The position numbers and the translations under genes were made by a program. A stretch of 63,075 nt of DNA, counting the filler, from Thraustochytrium aureum (taxonomy: Eukaryota), in the NCBI GenBank assembly GCA_012862495.1. It is 5 parts of 5 records of this genome, joined end to end, with 100 filler letters (N's around TTAATTAATTAA, not from the genome) between each part and the next. Parts side by side here need not be neighbours in the genome. Positions count along the whole stretch, not along the records: positions 1 to 22,935 come from BLSG01000263.1; 4 more parts are not named here. One strand, written 5' to 3'. Positions 10,861 through 21,809 of this stretch are shown here, piece by piece. The notes beneath the pieces were generated by a model. That model searched no databases. It was not told where the DNA came from and was given only the letters and a program-made list of their open reading frames with translations. Within the stretch, counting starts at the first letter, position 1, and each line of letters begins with the position of its first letter.

Positions 10861-11760
10861 CTAGCTACGCGCCACAAGCCAGGCGATCGCCACCCGCAGC
10901 GCGTGCAGCTCCGTCTCCGGCTCGTTGAACAGCTCGTGAAACCCGCCCGGGATCTCGGTCATCGTCTTGTCCTTCACGCGCGTGTTGGCGTGAAACACCT
11001 TCGACCCGCGGATCGGGCACATCGTGTCCGCGTCCCCGTGCACGACAAGGTACGGGATCGGAAAGCTCTTCGCCCCCTTGCGCGCCCGAGGGATGGCCGT
11101 CAGGATCTGCGCCATAAAGTTCAGCTTCGGCTTGCTCTTGGGCACCAGGTCGTCCGCATCATAGTCTGCCATCACCGCCGCGTCGTGGCACTGCGTGCTG
11201 CGGTCCAGCGGGTCCGCGTCGGCGTGCGGCACGAGCCGCGCCAGCGCCTTGCCAATGACGCCCTTGCCCGGTGGCACCTTGGCGTACAAGGCCGGCGCAG
11301 AGAGCACGACGCCGTCGTACAGCTTTGGGCCGGCCAGCACAGAGTGCACGGCCAGGAGGCCGCCCATCGAGTGTCCCATCAGAAACACCTTGGGCGCCTC
11401 CGGGTGCTCCTTCTTGGCGATCCCGGTCAGCTCGTGCACGTCCTTCACAAAGTCGCCAAACTTGGATACAAACATCTTCTCGCCCTCGCTTTGCCCGTGG
11501 CCTTGGTGGTCAAGCGCGTACACGGCAAACCCTTGCTTGGCGAGGGCTTGGGCGACATGATTGTACCTGCCGCTGTGCTCGGCCATCCCGTGCGCCACCA
11601 CGACGATGCCGCGCAGCGCCCCGCCGGGCACCAGCTTGCGCCAAAACACTTTGCCTTTCGAGCCCTTGAACTCGCCGTGCTCGCCCCAGTCGGCGTTCTT
11701 GGCCACGGTGAAGTCCACTTGCACGAGGTCGGCGCCAGCCGGCGCGTCCGCGTCGCTCAT
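10861..11760 (-). CDS. Monoglyceride lipase / lysophospholipase (alpha/beta hydrolase)
   Basis: HGMAEHSGRY, DHQGHGQSEG, nucleophile GHSMGG, VHGDADTMC, GGFHELFNEP. Confidence 0.92.
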   Translation of the reverse strand: MSDADAPAGADLVQVDFTVAKNADWGEHGEFKGSKGKVFWRKLVPGGALRGIVVVAHGMAEHSGRYNHVAQALAKQGFAVYALDHQGHGQSEGEKMFVSKFGDFVKDVHELTGIAKKEHPEAPKVFLMGHSMGGLLAVHSVLAGPKLYDGVVLSAPALYAKVPPGKGVIGKALARLVPHADADPLDRSTQCHDAAVMADYDADDLVPKSKPKLNFMAQILTAIPRARKGAKSFPIPYLVVHGDADTMCPIRGSKVFHANTRVKDKTMTEIPGGFHELFNEPETELHALRVAIAWLVARS

Positions 11761-12492
11761 GCTATCTGCCGCTGTTGCGATTCCTCCAGCTCCTGCGTTG
11801 CGTTGTTGGTTGCTGTTTGCTCACGCTGCTGCGTTGCGTTATTGGGGCTGCCAGGGCTGCTTGAACGCTGTCCTGCTGCGGCGAGTGCGACTGTTGTGTT
11901 GTGTTGCGTCGGTGTGGGTCGATGAGGCTTTGTTTGGCCCCACAACACGGCTCAAAAAGGCCCAACTCTTGCCATGTCAACGTCAACAATCACGGTGTTT
12001 CTCGCCCGGATGCGCGTAGGTCTACGTGTCCAGTTCCAGGTGCGCCGAGCACGCGCTCGCGGTGGTGGACGCGAAAATCAATTGCCTTCGAGCTCCTTTC
12101 TGCCTGCACCAAAACAACTTGCACATGAAAACCCTGTCGAAACGCACACCTCCCGGGCCTCTTTGTTTTCCTCTCTGTTTTTCTCTCCGAGTCCTTCTGT
12201 TTCCTTGACCAGATTCCTTTTTCACTGTGGTGGCGTGTTGGTTATCGCTCCTGATAAATCGTATTTGAAGACTGAAGTTCAACTTTACGAAGGACTTCCA
12301 ATTTTTGCGTATTGACATTCAGTATAGTGGATTTGGCGCTCCCAGCCACACATTCGCGCGACGTGCTTGGACGTGTCAACTGCGGCGGGCGCGGTAGTGA
12401 ACAGACACCCAACCGAGAGCAGTAGATCTCGAGGCAAGTGTAACGGCGCGAGCTCGCTCCGTCGCCGGCATGTGTGGCGCGTGAAAAGGTGA

Positions 12493-12611
12493 GTCGCCTC
12501 CGGGTTTGCGTCGCTCGCGGGTTTTGCGCCGCTCGCGGGTTTGCGTCGCTCGCGGGTTTGCGTCGCCTCCGGGTTTGCGTCGCCTCCGGGTTTTTGCGTC
12601 GCTCGCGGGTT
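12493..12611. repeat. Minisatellite, about 7 copies of a 17-19 bp unit
   Basis: Two unit variants, GTCGCCTCCGGGTTTGC and GTCGCTCGCGGGTTTGC, with a variable T run, directly abutting. Confidence 0.85.
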
Positions 12612-12782
12612 CGGCGAAGGGCAGGTCGAAGATTATACACCCAGATTCACGTACAGAACGAGTGACGAATCCAAAGGGTTAAATTACATGCACCACCACA
12701 ATGAGACCTGCCCACAGCCTTTCCTACCTACTCGCAGCGCGGCGCCGCGCGCTCTCATGCTCAAACCATGCTCAACGCCGCC

Positions 12783-15355
12783 TCAGGTTCCGCTAACTTT
12801 GCTTTGCACAGTCACTCGCTCGAGCACAGCGGCCCAGCAGGCGGCCATGTCGCAGCACTGCTCGTGGCAGCACGTTATGCAGGTCATCACCATGCCATGC
12901 AGGGGGCGGCTGCAAGCGTCGCAATTGCCTTTCCGCCTCCGAGCAGCATGGAGTGGGTGCCCTTCCGGGCAAACCGCGCCGTACCCAAAGACAGTGGCGT
13001 CCTGCGCAGCACGACCTGCACCCGGTGCGGAACGCTCTACGCGCCGCGCTGGAGGGGCCTCTAGGAATTCGACGCTGCTGCTGTCGCTGTACTCGTCTTC
13101 CTCTGCCTCGTCAGCGGTGTCTACTCCCACTTCACCGAGGCTTGGCCAGGGCTGCGCGAGCGGGCCTGCGGTGCCCCTCCCCGTCGGCCGCCCGCCTCGC
13201 GCCGGCCGACCTATCCGCAGCGGTCATATGACCTTTCCTAGTTGCTGTTGTCTCGGCCGTCGCTGTCGAGCCCGCCTCGTGCCCGACAACGGCGCGCGAA
13301 GGCTGCTCGTGCGGCCCGCTGCCGCTGGAAGGCCGCGCTTGTCCAGAGATNNNNNNNNNNNNNNNNNNNNNNNNNNNNNNNNNNNNNNNNNNNNNNNNNN
13401 NNNNNNNNNNNNNNNNNNNNNNNNNNNNNNNNNNNNNNNNNNNNNNNNNNNNNNNNNNNNNNNNNNNNNNNNNNNNNNNNNNNNNNNNNNNNNNNNNNNN
13501 NNNNNNNNNNNNNNNNNNNNNNNGTCCGCACGCCAAGCCAGGCCACGCCCTGCTCTCCTCTTTCGGCGACGCCATCTGTGCCCGACAAGCTCAATGCACA
13601 GCCTTGGTCGGCCGACGCCGCAAGACCCTGCATTCCCGCTGTGGTACGCGCACGGCACGCGGTGCGGTCAGAGCACCGGTCGTAGTCGCAGGGCTCACAA
13701 GAAAGGCTTGTCCTTCCGCCATCAGAGAGCGGGCCGTGGCAGTCGTCACAGATCAAATTCGTGTCCTTGGTCAAGACTAGCGAGAGCGAGTGCCCCTGTG
13801 GACAGGTGCCCAGCGCCGCAGACAGCAGGTGCTCGTGGATGTGCCGGAGGACAAGCACGCCAGACATTGCCGCCATGTCTGACAAGGAATGCGAGCGTCA
13901 GCAACGAGCCGCAGAGGTCCCGACAGGCATGTTCGAAAACTCACCTGACGACCGCACGCAGTGCTTGACCTCGACCGTCGCAAACCCGCCACGCACCAAC
14001 TCAGTAAACGCGCCCCTCGGCATGGGCACCGCGAACAGGCCGTCCACCAGCCCCTGCGTGCGGCATCCGAACGACAGCCTCGAGTCAGAGAAAAGCCGCA
14101 GCGTGACCACTGGCGGCAGGAAGCGGTCCGCGTCGTCAAAGTGGCTCGCCAGCCCCAGCGTTCCGCTGTGGTACAGGTTGCACGCGTACGAGTTGACGAA
14201 TCCGGGCTGCAAAAGGCCAACCCTTTCGGCGGGCACCACAACCTTCTCTTTCATCCAGCTCGGCGCCGGCTGGACGTCAACGCGGATGCCCCCCGCGCGG
14301 TCCTTGGCGCCCGCGTTGTGACTTCCCCATAAATACCTTGCGTTGAAGAAGAGCTTGGACCGCGCAGCGACGCGGCTCTGCGAGGTCCCGATTGACTCTT
14401 GGCATGTCTTGCTGCACGGTCGCGCAACCTTGTACGCTTCAAGCGAGAGGCGCTCGACGCAAGCAAGCGCCTCTCGGTCGAGCACGCCAAGCCACGTCCG
14501 CACGCCAGTCGGCCACAAGCCCCGCTCCGGGTGCCGCGTGTACTTGGCGCGGCTGTACTCGGCAGGGACGTCTTCTTCGCTTGCGAAGAACCACTCGATC
14601 ACCGAGACCCGCTGCGCATCGTCCGCAAGCCCTCGCAGGGCGCCCTGGTCGCCAGCCGCACACACGACCGCCCCCGTGGTGCATCTAGGCCAACAAGCTC
14701 GCACGAAAAACGCCGGCCGGGATCCCTGGAGGACGAAATTGTGGCCAAGCATGCGCCCCAGGTGCGCCTCCACGACGTGGCCAAAGCTGGCCAAGACCTG
14801 CCGCTCAAGCGGGTCCAAGTCGTGCGTCCACGTCCCTTGCGAGACATAGACGTCAAACTTGATGCCGCTCGCGCCGCTCTGGGCTCGGTTCTTGGCGCAG
14901 CAAAGGCCAAGAACGAGCCCCATGCGCGGTTCGTCGCCCTCGTCTGGTCGGAGCGCGAACCGCTGCAGGATACTGCTTGTCGAGTCATTCCACGGCCTGG
15001 CGCCGCGCGCCGACCCCTTCCGCTCCAGCACATAGTGCAGGGCGACGAACGACTTGCTGATGTCGCCGGACCGGATGAGCTGGACGCATTCGGCGAGCCC
15101 GGAAAACCACCGTAGATCCGCGTGCTCTCCTCTCATGCCGACTAAATACTCCTTTTGCAGGCGATCTCCCGTTGAGCACGGCACGACGGCGCCTCGCACC
15201 CTCGAGGACTCGACGACCTCGTGGAACAGTGCATCCAGGCCCGCGCCTTCCCACGACCGGACGTACTCGGCCACCTGGTACCTCAGCGCGAGCGGCGGTA
15301 GCTGGTCCACCCCGTCGGCCCCCTGCTGCTCCATCTCCGGTGGCAGCACTCTCAG
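12783..15355 (-). CDS. ALKBH5-like 2OG-Fe(II) dioxygenase domain followed by two Cys/His-rich Zn-binding modules (5' end in a gap; intron 13879-13944; internal gap)
   Basis: FVNSYACNLYHSGTLGLASHFDD...PPVVTLRLFSDSRLSFG...VPMPRG...KHCVR. Removing a 66-nt GTGAG..CTGAC..CAG intron that contains an in-frame TGA gives HCVRSSDMAAMSGVLVLR (compare ALKBH5 HCIRPQDIKERRAVIILR). Then CPQGH..CDDC..CEPCDYDRC and CPEGH..CDAC..CITC..C. Joining the last module crosses a gap and needs a frameshift. Confidence 0.7.
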
Positions 15356-16172
15356 NNNNNNNNNNNNNNNNNNNNNNNNNNNNNNNNNNNNNNNNNNNNN
15401 NNNNNNNNNNNNNNNNNNNNNNNNNNNNNNNNNNNNNNNNNNNNNNNNNNNNNNNNNNNNNNNNNNNNNNNNNNNNNNNNNNNNNNNNNNNNNNNNNNNN
15501 NNNNNNNNNNNNNNNNNNNNNNNNNNNNNNNNNNNNNNNNNNNNNNNNNNNNNNNNNNNNNNNNNNNNNNNNNNNNNNNNNNNNNNNNNNNNNNNNNNNN
15601 NNNNNNNNNNNNNNNNNNNNNNNNNNNNNNNNNNNNNNNNNNNNNNNNNNNNNNNNNNNNNNNNNNNNNNNNNNNNNNNNNNNNNNNNNNNNNNNNNNNN
15701 NNNNNNNNNNNNNNNNNNNNNNNNNNNNNNNNNNNNNNNNNNNNNNNNNNNNNNNNNNNNNNNNNNNNNNNNNNNNNNNNNNNNNNNNNNNNNNNNNNNN
15801 NNNNNNNNNNNNNNNNNNNNNNNNNNNNNNNNNNNNNNNNNNNNNNNNNNNNNNNNNNNNNNNNNNNNNNNNNNNNNNNNNNNNNNNNNNNNNNNNNNNN
15901 NNNNNNNNNNNNNNNNNNNNNNNNNNNNNNNNNNNNNNNNNNNNNNNNNNNNNNNNNNNNNNNNNNNNNNNNNNNNNNNNNNNNNNNNNNNNNNNNNNNN
16001 NNNNNNNNNNNNNNNNNNNNNNNNNNNNNNNNNNNNNNNNGCGGCCCGAGAAGGCTTTTGGGATCAGCGCCTTCGGCGGTTCGGTCCGTTGGTCGTTTGC
16101 TCGCCGACGTCATGGTCCAGCGCGAATTAACAACTACAGTGCTCTGACTGGGCGAGAGGTCTTGCACGGCAC

Positions 16173-18007
16173 ATGCCGACCATGCCGCGCGCGACCGTCG
16201 AAGGCGAGGGCGCGCACGGAGCGGCGTGCCTGCAGGATGGTGAGCAGCGCGCGTCCAGGAGGCGCGTCGAGTCGGACGACCGTGAGCTGTCGACGCTCGA
16301 AGCGCTGGCAACGTCCAATAAGAAGGAGAACCTGCTTGTGGCTGTGTTAAAGTCCGTCCAACTCGCGTCCGAGCTCTTCGCATACTCGTATGTTAGCTTC
16401 GTGGCAATCGCAATCGTGTGGCTCCCGATCAGGCTCTCCGAGTCTCGTGCATTCTGGAGCGTCGACCTGGTGAACAAGACAGCAATTCGCGTCCCCGTCA
16501 TGGATGTCCTGGGCGAGTACGCACCCCGTCTGACCTCATACGATATCCCGTGGTTTTTCTACCTTCCAGTCCTCTTTCTCATGTACCTGAAAGCAACAAA
16601 GTCCCAGTATGCGCTGGTGCTTGGCGCACTCCTACCGGGGATTGCCCTGTTCAAGCTCTCGCAATTCTACTTTGGATCGTCCGCGATTCCAACGATGGTC
16701 TTAACAGTGATTCCCATGTTTGCACTCCCGCGCTTGCTCCGGGTCTGCGTCGTAGGGCCACATTCGCAGGTCACGCGGCAGGCAGCCTACCAAGCAATCG
16801 TGATCGCCACAGGCGTCGTTTTCGGAGGGGCCCTTCGCTTCGTGCCCAAAACAAGGACTGCGCGATCCATTATGGCGCTTCTCGTGATTCCAATGGTGAG
16901 GGAACTGTCCTACTCCCTCACGAGAAACTCGGCCATGATTCTCGCCATACGGGCGACCCTGGTCCTCAGGCGCTGTGCGGCGCCGCGTGGCAATCTTCTT
17001 CTCGTTCTGGGTCCAGGTGTTCTGGGCCATGTTTTTTGAGGTTTTATTTTGCCACCTTCAACGACGACGTGTTCTTGTTTGTGGTCTTGGTCGGCCAGGC
17101 CATTCTGGAAATATTCATGCGAGTCTCGTTGGTTTGGCGACTGGACAAGTCAAGCATGGTGCTTGCGAGCTTCAGGAAGTCGATTTGGGGGGGGTCTGGG
17201 CAGCTGCGCAGCTTGCGGCCGTCGGCTATTGTCGTTCCGTTCGACCAGCATGTCGTGACAAGCAGGGTTCTCTCGTCAACCCCTGGTCTGAAACGCTTGG
17301 CCCAGGACAGCCATCTGCCTGCTGTCGGCACGCTGTTCAAAGCGACTACAACGAGACACGCAACAAGCGATCTCGAAGCCCATGCCACGCGGCACATATT
17401 CTATGCCACTTGGATATTAGGCGAGACGCTTGCCGAGCTGGTCGCCATCGTGACGGTGCCTGCTCTGATCGCCTTGTTCAACAAACGCAAGCTGCAGTTG
17501 CCAGTGGACTACTTTGTCAACTTGAACGAGCCTTTCGCGGAGTCGTCCTCATCGCAGATGATCCCGCTCCTCAGGACAACCGGGATCCAGCTCGTGTGTG
17601 AGCTTGTGGTCGACATATCCAGCTCTGTCATCGAGCGTCGACGCGGCATTCACATGCTCGAGCTCTGGCACTCGAGGCAAAGGGGCTTTGCATTGCTCTT
17701 CTTATGGACGCTGTGGTACGCGAATGCGCTCGTTAGCGCGATCGTTCTCAGTGGCGAAACCGTGCGGCCCTGCGTGGATGAGGATATGTGCTGCTGCGCT
17801 CATGGTAAGTTTGTCCGCTTGCGCGCCGCCTGCGGCTCCAAAGCCGCGGGTGCCCTGCTATCGCTCCTCGCTCAACTAATAAAGTCGCCTGCGCCGCCCT
17901 TGTGTTCAGGAAACGGCCTTGCCTCCGGTGGCCTGCGCGAAAATTACTGCCACTTCATCTACGACGACTTGGCTGGCTTTATCGCGGCCAACTGCAGGGC
18001 AACGTAA
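16173..18007 (+). CDS. Multi-pass membrane protein of unknown function (frameshifts about 16950-17040; probable intron about 17805-17909)
   Basis: Overlapping ORFs supply successive hydrophobic helices. Frames rejoin at a T6 run near 17032-17037. A GTAAGT..CTAAT..CAG intron is likely near the 3' end. Confidence 0.6.
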
Positions 18008-18142
18008 AAAGGATTTTGCAACTAGCCTTGCGCTGCTCGAATGGAGAACGAGAAGAAAGGAATGACGGCTGGCTCGCGGTCCCCCAAACTAATCAGAGTT
18101 TCCTTGTATCCAATTGCTCGCCGCCTTGCTTTGCACCTCTAG

Positions 18143-20208
18143 CTAGATGTCCGGAGGCGGCCCTGCTGGCGGCAGCGGCGGCCGCTTCGGAGGGTACGGA
18201 GGGCGCAACGGCGCTGCTGGCGGGAGCACATGCGGCCGCCCCGTAAAGGTTACCGACGAGGGCCCAAACGACGACGAGGATGACCTCGGCGAACTAACTT
18301 CTACCTCCATCATAGATGGCGCCGCAGCTGCCGCACCCGCCGCTTGACGCGCATCGCGACGTAGAAACGTCCCCTTGATTGGCGGGGCTGCGACACGATC
18401 CCTGCCGCCCTTGTCCTCGGGCGGCGGTGGTGGCGGCGTCAAAGGAAACGACGTCGTCCTCCCACGACGCAAGTCTGAATCAATGCTGTCGCGCGGGCTG
18501 GGCCCCAAACTGCCATAGGCGACCCTGGGTGGCGCTGGCATGGGCGGCGGCGGCACGGGCACCGAATTCGCATGCGTTCGCTTCCGCCGAGGCGTCAGCG
18601 ACGCCGCAGAGGAGAGCAGGTCGCGCACACCCGGCGGCGGCCCTGAAGGCGGCAACGGTTCAGTGGAGAGCTCAGAAGGCAAGGACGCCGCCACGCTGCG
18701 ATAGCTTGCACCAGACCACCGGTCCATGGGGACGCCGCCAACGGGCGGGACGCGGCCGCGCTGGCGTCCTCCCGCCGCTGGAGGCCGAGGCGCTTCCGAG
18801 AGCTCTGAGACCACAGACAGCGACGGCGCGCGAATCGACCCGGGCGCCGGGTATCCCGGTGGGTCAACAGAATCTGCGCCACGCCGTCTGTCCTCAGCGA
18901 CCGGTGGCGGAAGAGACGGCGGGCGGACCTCGGCCGGAGATTCGGATGCCGAACCCCACATTGCGATAGAAGCCGCATCGTCCTCTCGGCCGGACACGTG
19001 GCTCAGGTCTGCGCCGCCCGAACTTGGGTTGAGCGAGCGCCACAGGAGGGCATACTGCTTGGCGCTTAGCATTTGACCGTCTGGTTCGCTAGACATGTCG
19101 TCCTGGTCGCCCTCCTCCTCGTCGAGCGAAGCGAGGTCCATGTACGGGTCGGTAGAGTAGACTTGCGCAGCGCGCTGCGCAAACCTGGCCTGCGCGGCGC
19201 GCCGGTCCCGCTCCGCCATTTGCTTGCCAAACTTGGACGAAATGTAATCGCGAATGCTGTTCAGGCGCGAGCTACTCGCGACGCCCGGCGCCGGGGCGTC
19301 CTCGCTCTGCTCTTGCTTGCCAGGCCCAGTTCCCGGCGAGAGCAGATACGAGGCAGCGCCCTCGCGTCGCGCTAGCAGGTTGGACTGCATTTCGGAGAGG
19401 ATCTTTGCCGTGGCCGCGTCGCGCTGCGGCGCAGCAAGCGGTGCATCGTCAAGCACGGGCGTGCTCAGCCGCTCGCTCGGGTGCGAAACCTCTGAGCGCG
19501 AGCCGTCTCGTCCAGAAAGAACGCCCGGCTCGAGCGCCTTGTCCAGCAGCGGCGCAAACGCAGAGCTTCCAACGCTCACGTCGTCCCCCCCCGTGCAGAC
19601 CTCGCCGCTTCGTCTACAGACCGGCCCCCTGCCACGCTGTGGCTATCGTCGCCTGCAGTCGCGACCGAGGCCGACTCCGATTCCGCCCCGGAGCGGTCGA
19701 GCGCAGCGCCGCTCGGCTCCTGGCGCAGGGGCCGCTTCGAGCTCGGTATCTGATCCTTCCGCTTACCCTCCAACTCCTCCTCGTCGTCCCAGGTGGCGGT
19801 GGTCAGCGACGCAACGTCAGACACGCTTCCCTGCGAAAGGATGGTCGACCTGTCGGGCACCGAGACCGAGTCAAACTCGTCGCCCTGCTGAAGCAGCCGC
19901 GCGTCGAACGCGAGGCCATGCTCGTCCCTAGCGGACACGCAGACCTGGTTCGCGCGCCGCTTGGCTCGGCGCACGTCGCGCAGCACGCCGCTCTGCACCC
20001 CGTCGCAAAACTCCATCGCTTCGTTGACGGCAGTCTCTGCCTCGCGCAGCACGCCCAGCAACTCTGCGCCGGTGGCAACCTCTCGCACAAACGTCCCACT
20101 GCGCCACATGCCCGCCATCTCGCGCATCGCGTCCCGCGCAGCGGTCGCGCCATCCGGCTCGCGGTAGAGTGCGCCAATGCCGTGGCGTCGGCCCTCTGCA
20201 AAGGCGCC
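18143..20208 (-). CDS. MORN-repeat-containing protein with a long Pro/Ser-rich disordered C-terminus (5' end in a gap; frameshift about 19590)
   Basis: GAFAEGRRHGIGAL and AGMWRSGTFV resemble MORN repeats and are followed by a helix. The frame switches at a G7 run into a 478-aa low-complexity ORF. Confidence 0.5.
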
Positions 20209-21142
20209 NNNNNNNNNNNNNNNNNNNNNNNNNNNNNNNNNNNNNNNNNNNNNNNNNNNNNNNNNNNNNNNNNNNNNNNNNNNNNNNNNNNNNNNNNNNN
20301 NNNNNNNNNNNNNNNNNNNNNNNNNNNNNNNNNNNNNNNNNNNNNNNNNNNNNNNNNNNNNNNNNNNNNNNNNNNNNNNNNNNNNNNNNNNNNNNNNNNN
20401 NNNNNNNNNNNNNNNNNNNNNNNNNNNNNNNNNNNNNNNNNNNNNNNNNNNNNNNNNNNNNNNNNNNNNNNNNNNNNNNNNNNNNNNNNNNNNNNNNNNN
20501 NNNNNNNNNNNNNNNNNNNNNNNNNNNNNNNNNNNNNNNNNNNNNNNNNNNNNNNNNNNNNNNNNNNNNNNNNNNNNNNNNNNNNNNNNNNNNNNNNNNN
20601 NNNNNNNNNNNNNNNNNNNNNNNNNNNNNNNNNNNNNNNNNNNNNNNNNNNNNNNNNNNNNNNNNNNNNNNNNNNNNNNNNNNNNNNNNNNNNNNNNNNN
20701 NNNNNNNNNNNNNNNNNNNNNNNNNNNNNNNNNNNNNNNNNNNNNNNNNNNNNNNNNNNNNNNNNNNNNNNNNNNNNNNNNNNNNNNNNNNNNNNNNNNN
20801 NNNNNNNNNNNNNNNNNNNNNNNNNNNNNNNNNNNNNNNNNNNNNNNNNNNNNNNNNNNNNNNNNNNNNNNNNNNNNNNNNNNNNNNNNNNNNNNNNNNN
20901 NNNNNNNNNNNNNNNNNNNNNNNNNNNNNNNNNNNNNNNNNNNNNNNNNNNNNNNNNNNNNNNNNNNNNNNNNNNNNNNNNNNNNNNNNNNNNNNNNNNN
21001 NNNNNNNNNNNNNNNNNNNNNNNNNNNNNNNNNNNNNNNNNNNNNNNNNNNNNNNNNNNNNNNNNNNNNNNNNNNNNNNNNNNNNNNNNNNNNNNNNNNN
21101 NNNNNNNNNNNNNNNNNNNNNNNNNNNNNNNNNNNNNNNNNA

Positions 21143-21466
21143 CTCGGAGCAGCTCGCGGGAACCAGCCGGCGGCGGGCGCGTTGGCCACGGGCTCGTGCA
21201 TCGTGGCGCGCGTTGCGGCTGCGTTTCCGATACTTGCGGGTACGCCGCTCTTGATGCGAGCCCTGGAGCGGAGGACCTCGATCTTTGAACGATTCCCGCG
21301 CGCGCGCATGCCGGTCATGCTCGGACTTGTCGGCTGCATGATTCAGCTTGCTGTGCCTGTGACGTTCGGCGTGTTTCGCCAGGAGATGGTCGTCCCTGCG
21401 CGCTGGCTCGAGCCCGACGTTGCAGCCGCAGGGTTCACCAAGGTGTACTTCAACAAGGGTCTCTAA
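21143..21466 (+). CDS. SFXN: Sideroflexin (mitochondrial), C-terminal part
   Basis: ARVAAAFPIL...LAVPVTFGVFRQ...LEPD...VYFNKGL*. The C-terminal FNKGL is diagnostic of sideroflexins. Confidence 0.88.
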   Translation, partial: LGAARGNQPAAGALATGSCIVARVAAAFPILAGTPLLMRALERRTSIFERFPRARMPVMLGLVGCMIQLAVPVTFGVFRQEMVVPARWLEPDVAAAGFTKVYFNKGL

Positions 21467-21809
21467 GCAAGAAGCGTTTGCGACCGCTGGCGTCGCGCTA
21501 GGCCACGGAGGTGGCTCTGCGCGCAGGGGGCCTGCCGGGTTCAAGGCAGCTGGGCCGCGAGGTGAGCGGGCTCGGCCTTGGCCGTTGCATTTTGTTGCAC
21601 GCACCAATTTCTGCGTGAACCGTTCAAGGCGCCCTGTAGGTAAACGTTGTGCTGTGATGCTGTTCCGTTCCTTTCTATCTTCCGTTCCTTTGATTGATTG
21701 TTCAATCGAAACAAGCCTGTTCGCACTGATACACTGGCGGCGCGCGCCGCGCCCCAACCAACCCAATCTACGACCGACTGACGACTCGCTCGCGTGACCC
21801 AAAACAACA

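Noticed and set aside
12493..12611. CRISPR-like array
   Set aside because: Units abut without unique spacers, the context is eukaryotic, and no cas genes are present.
13898..13900. In-frame TGA as selenocysteine or readthrough in the ALKBH5-like gene
   Set aside because: It lies within a canonical 66-nt intron, at the CTGAC branch site. Splicing gives a better match to ALKBH5.
19405..21802. Long ORFs spanning N gaps (here and elsewhere)
   Set aside because: Their length comes from X residues in gaps, and the frames on either side are unrelated.
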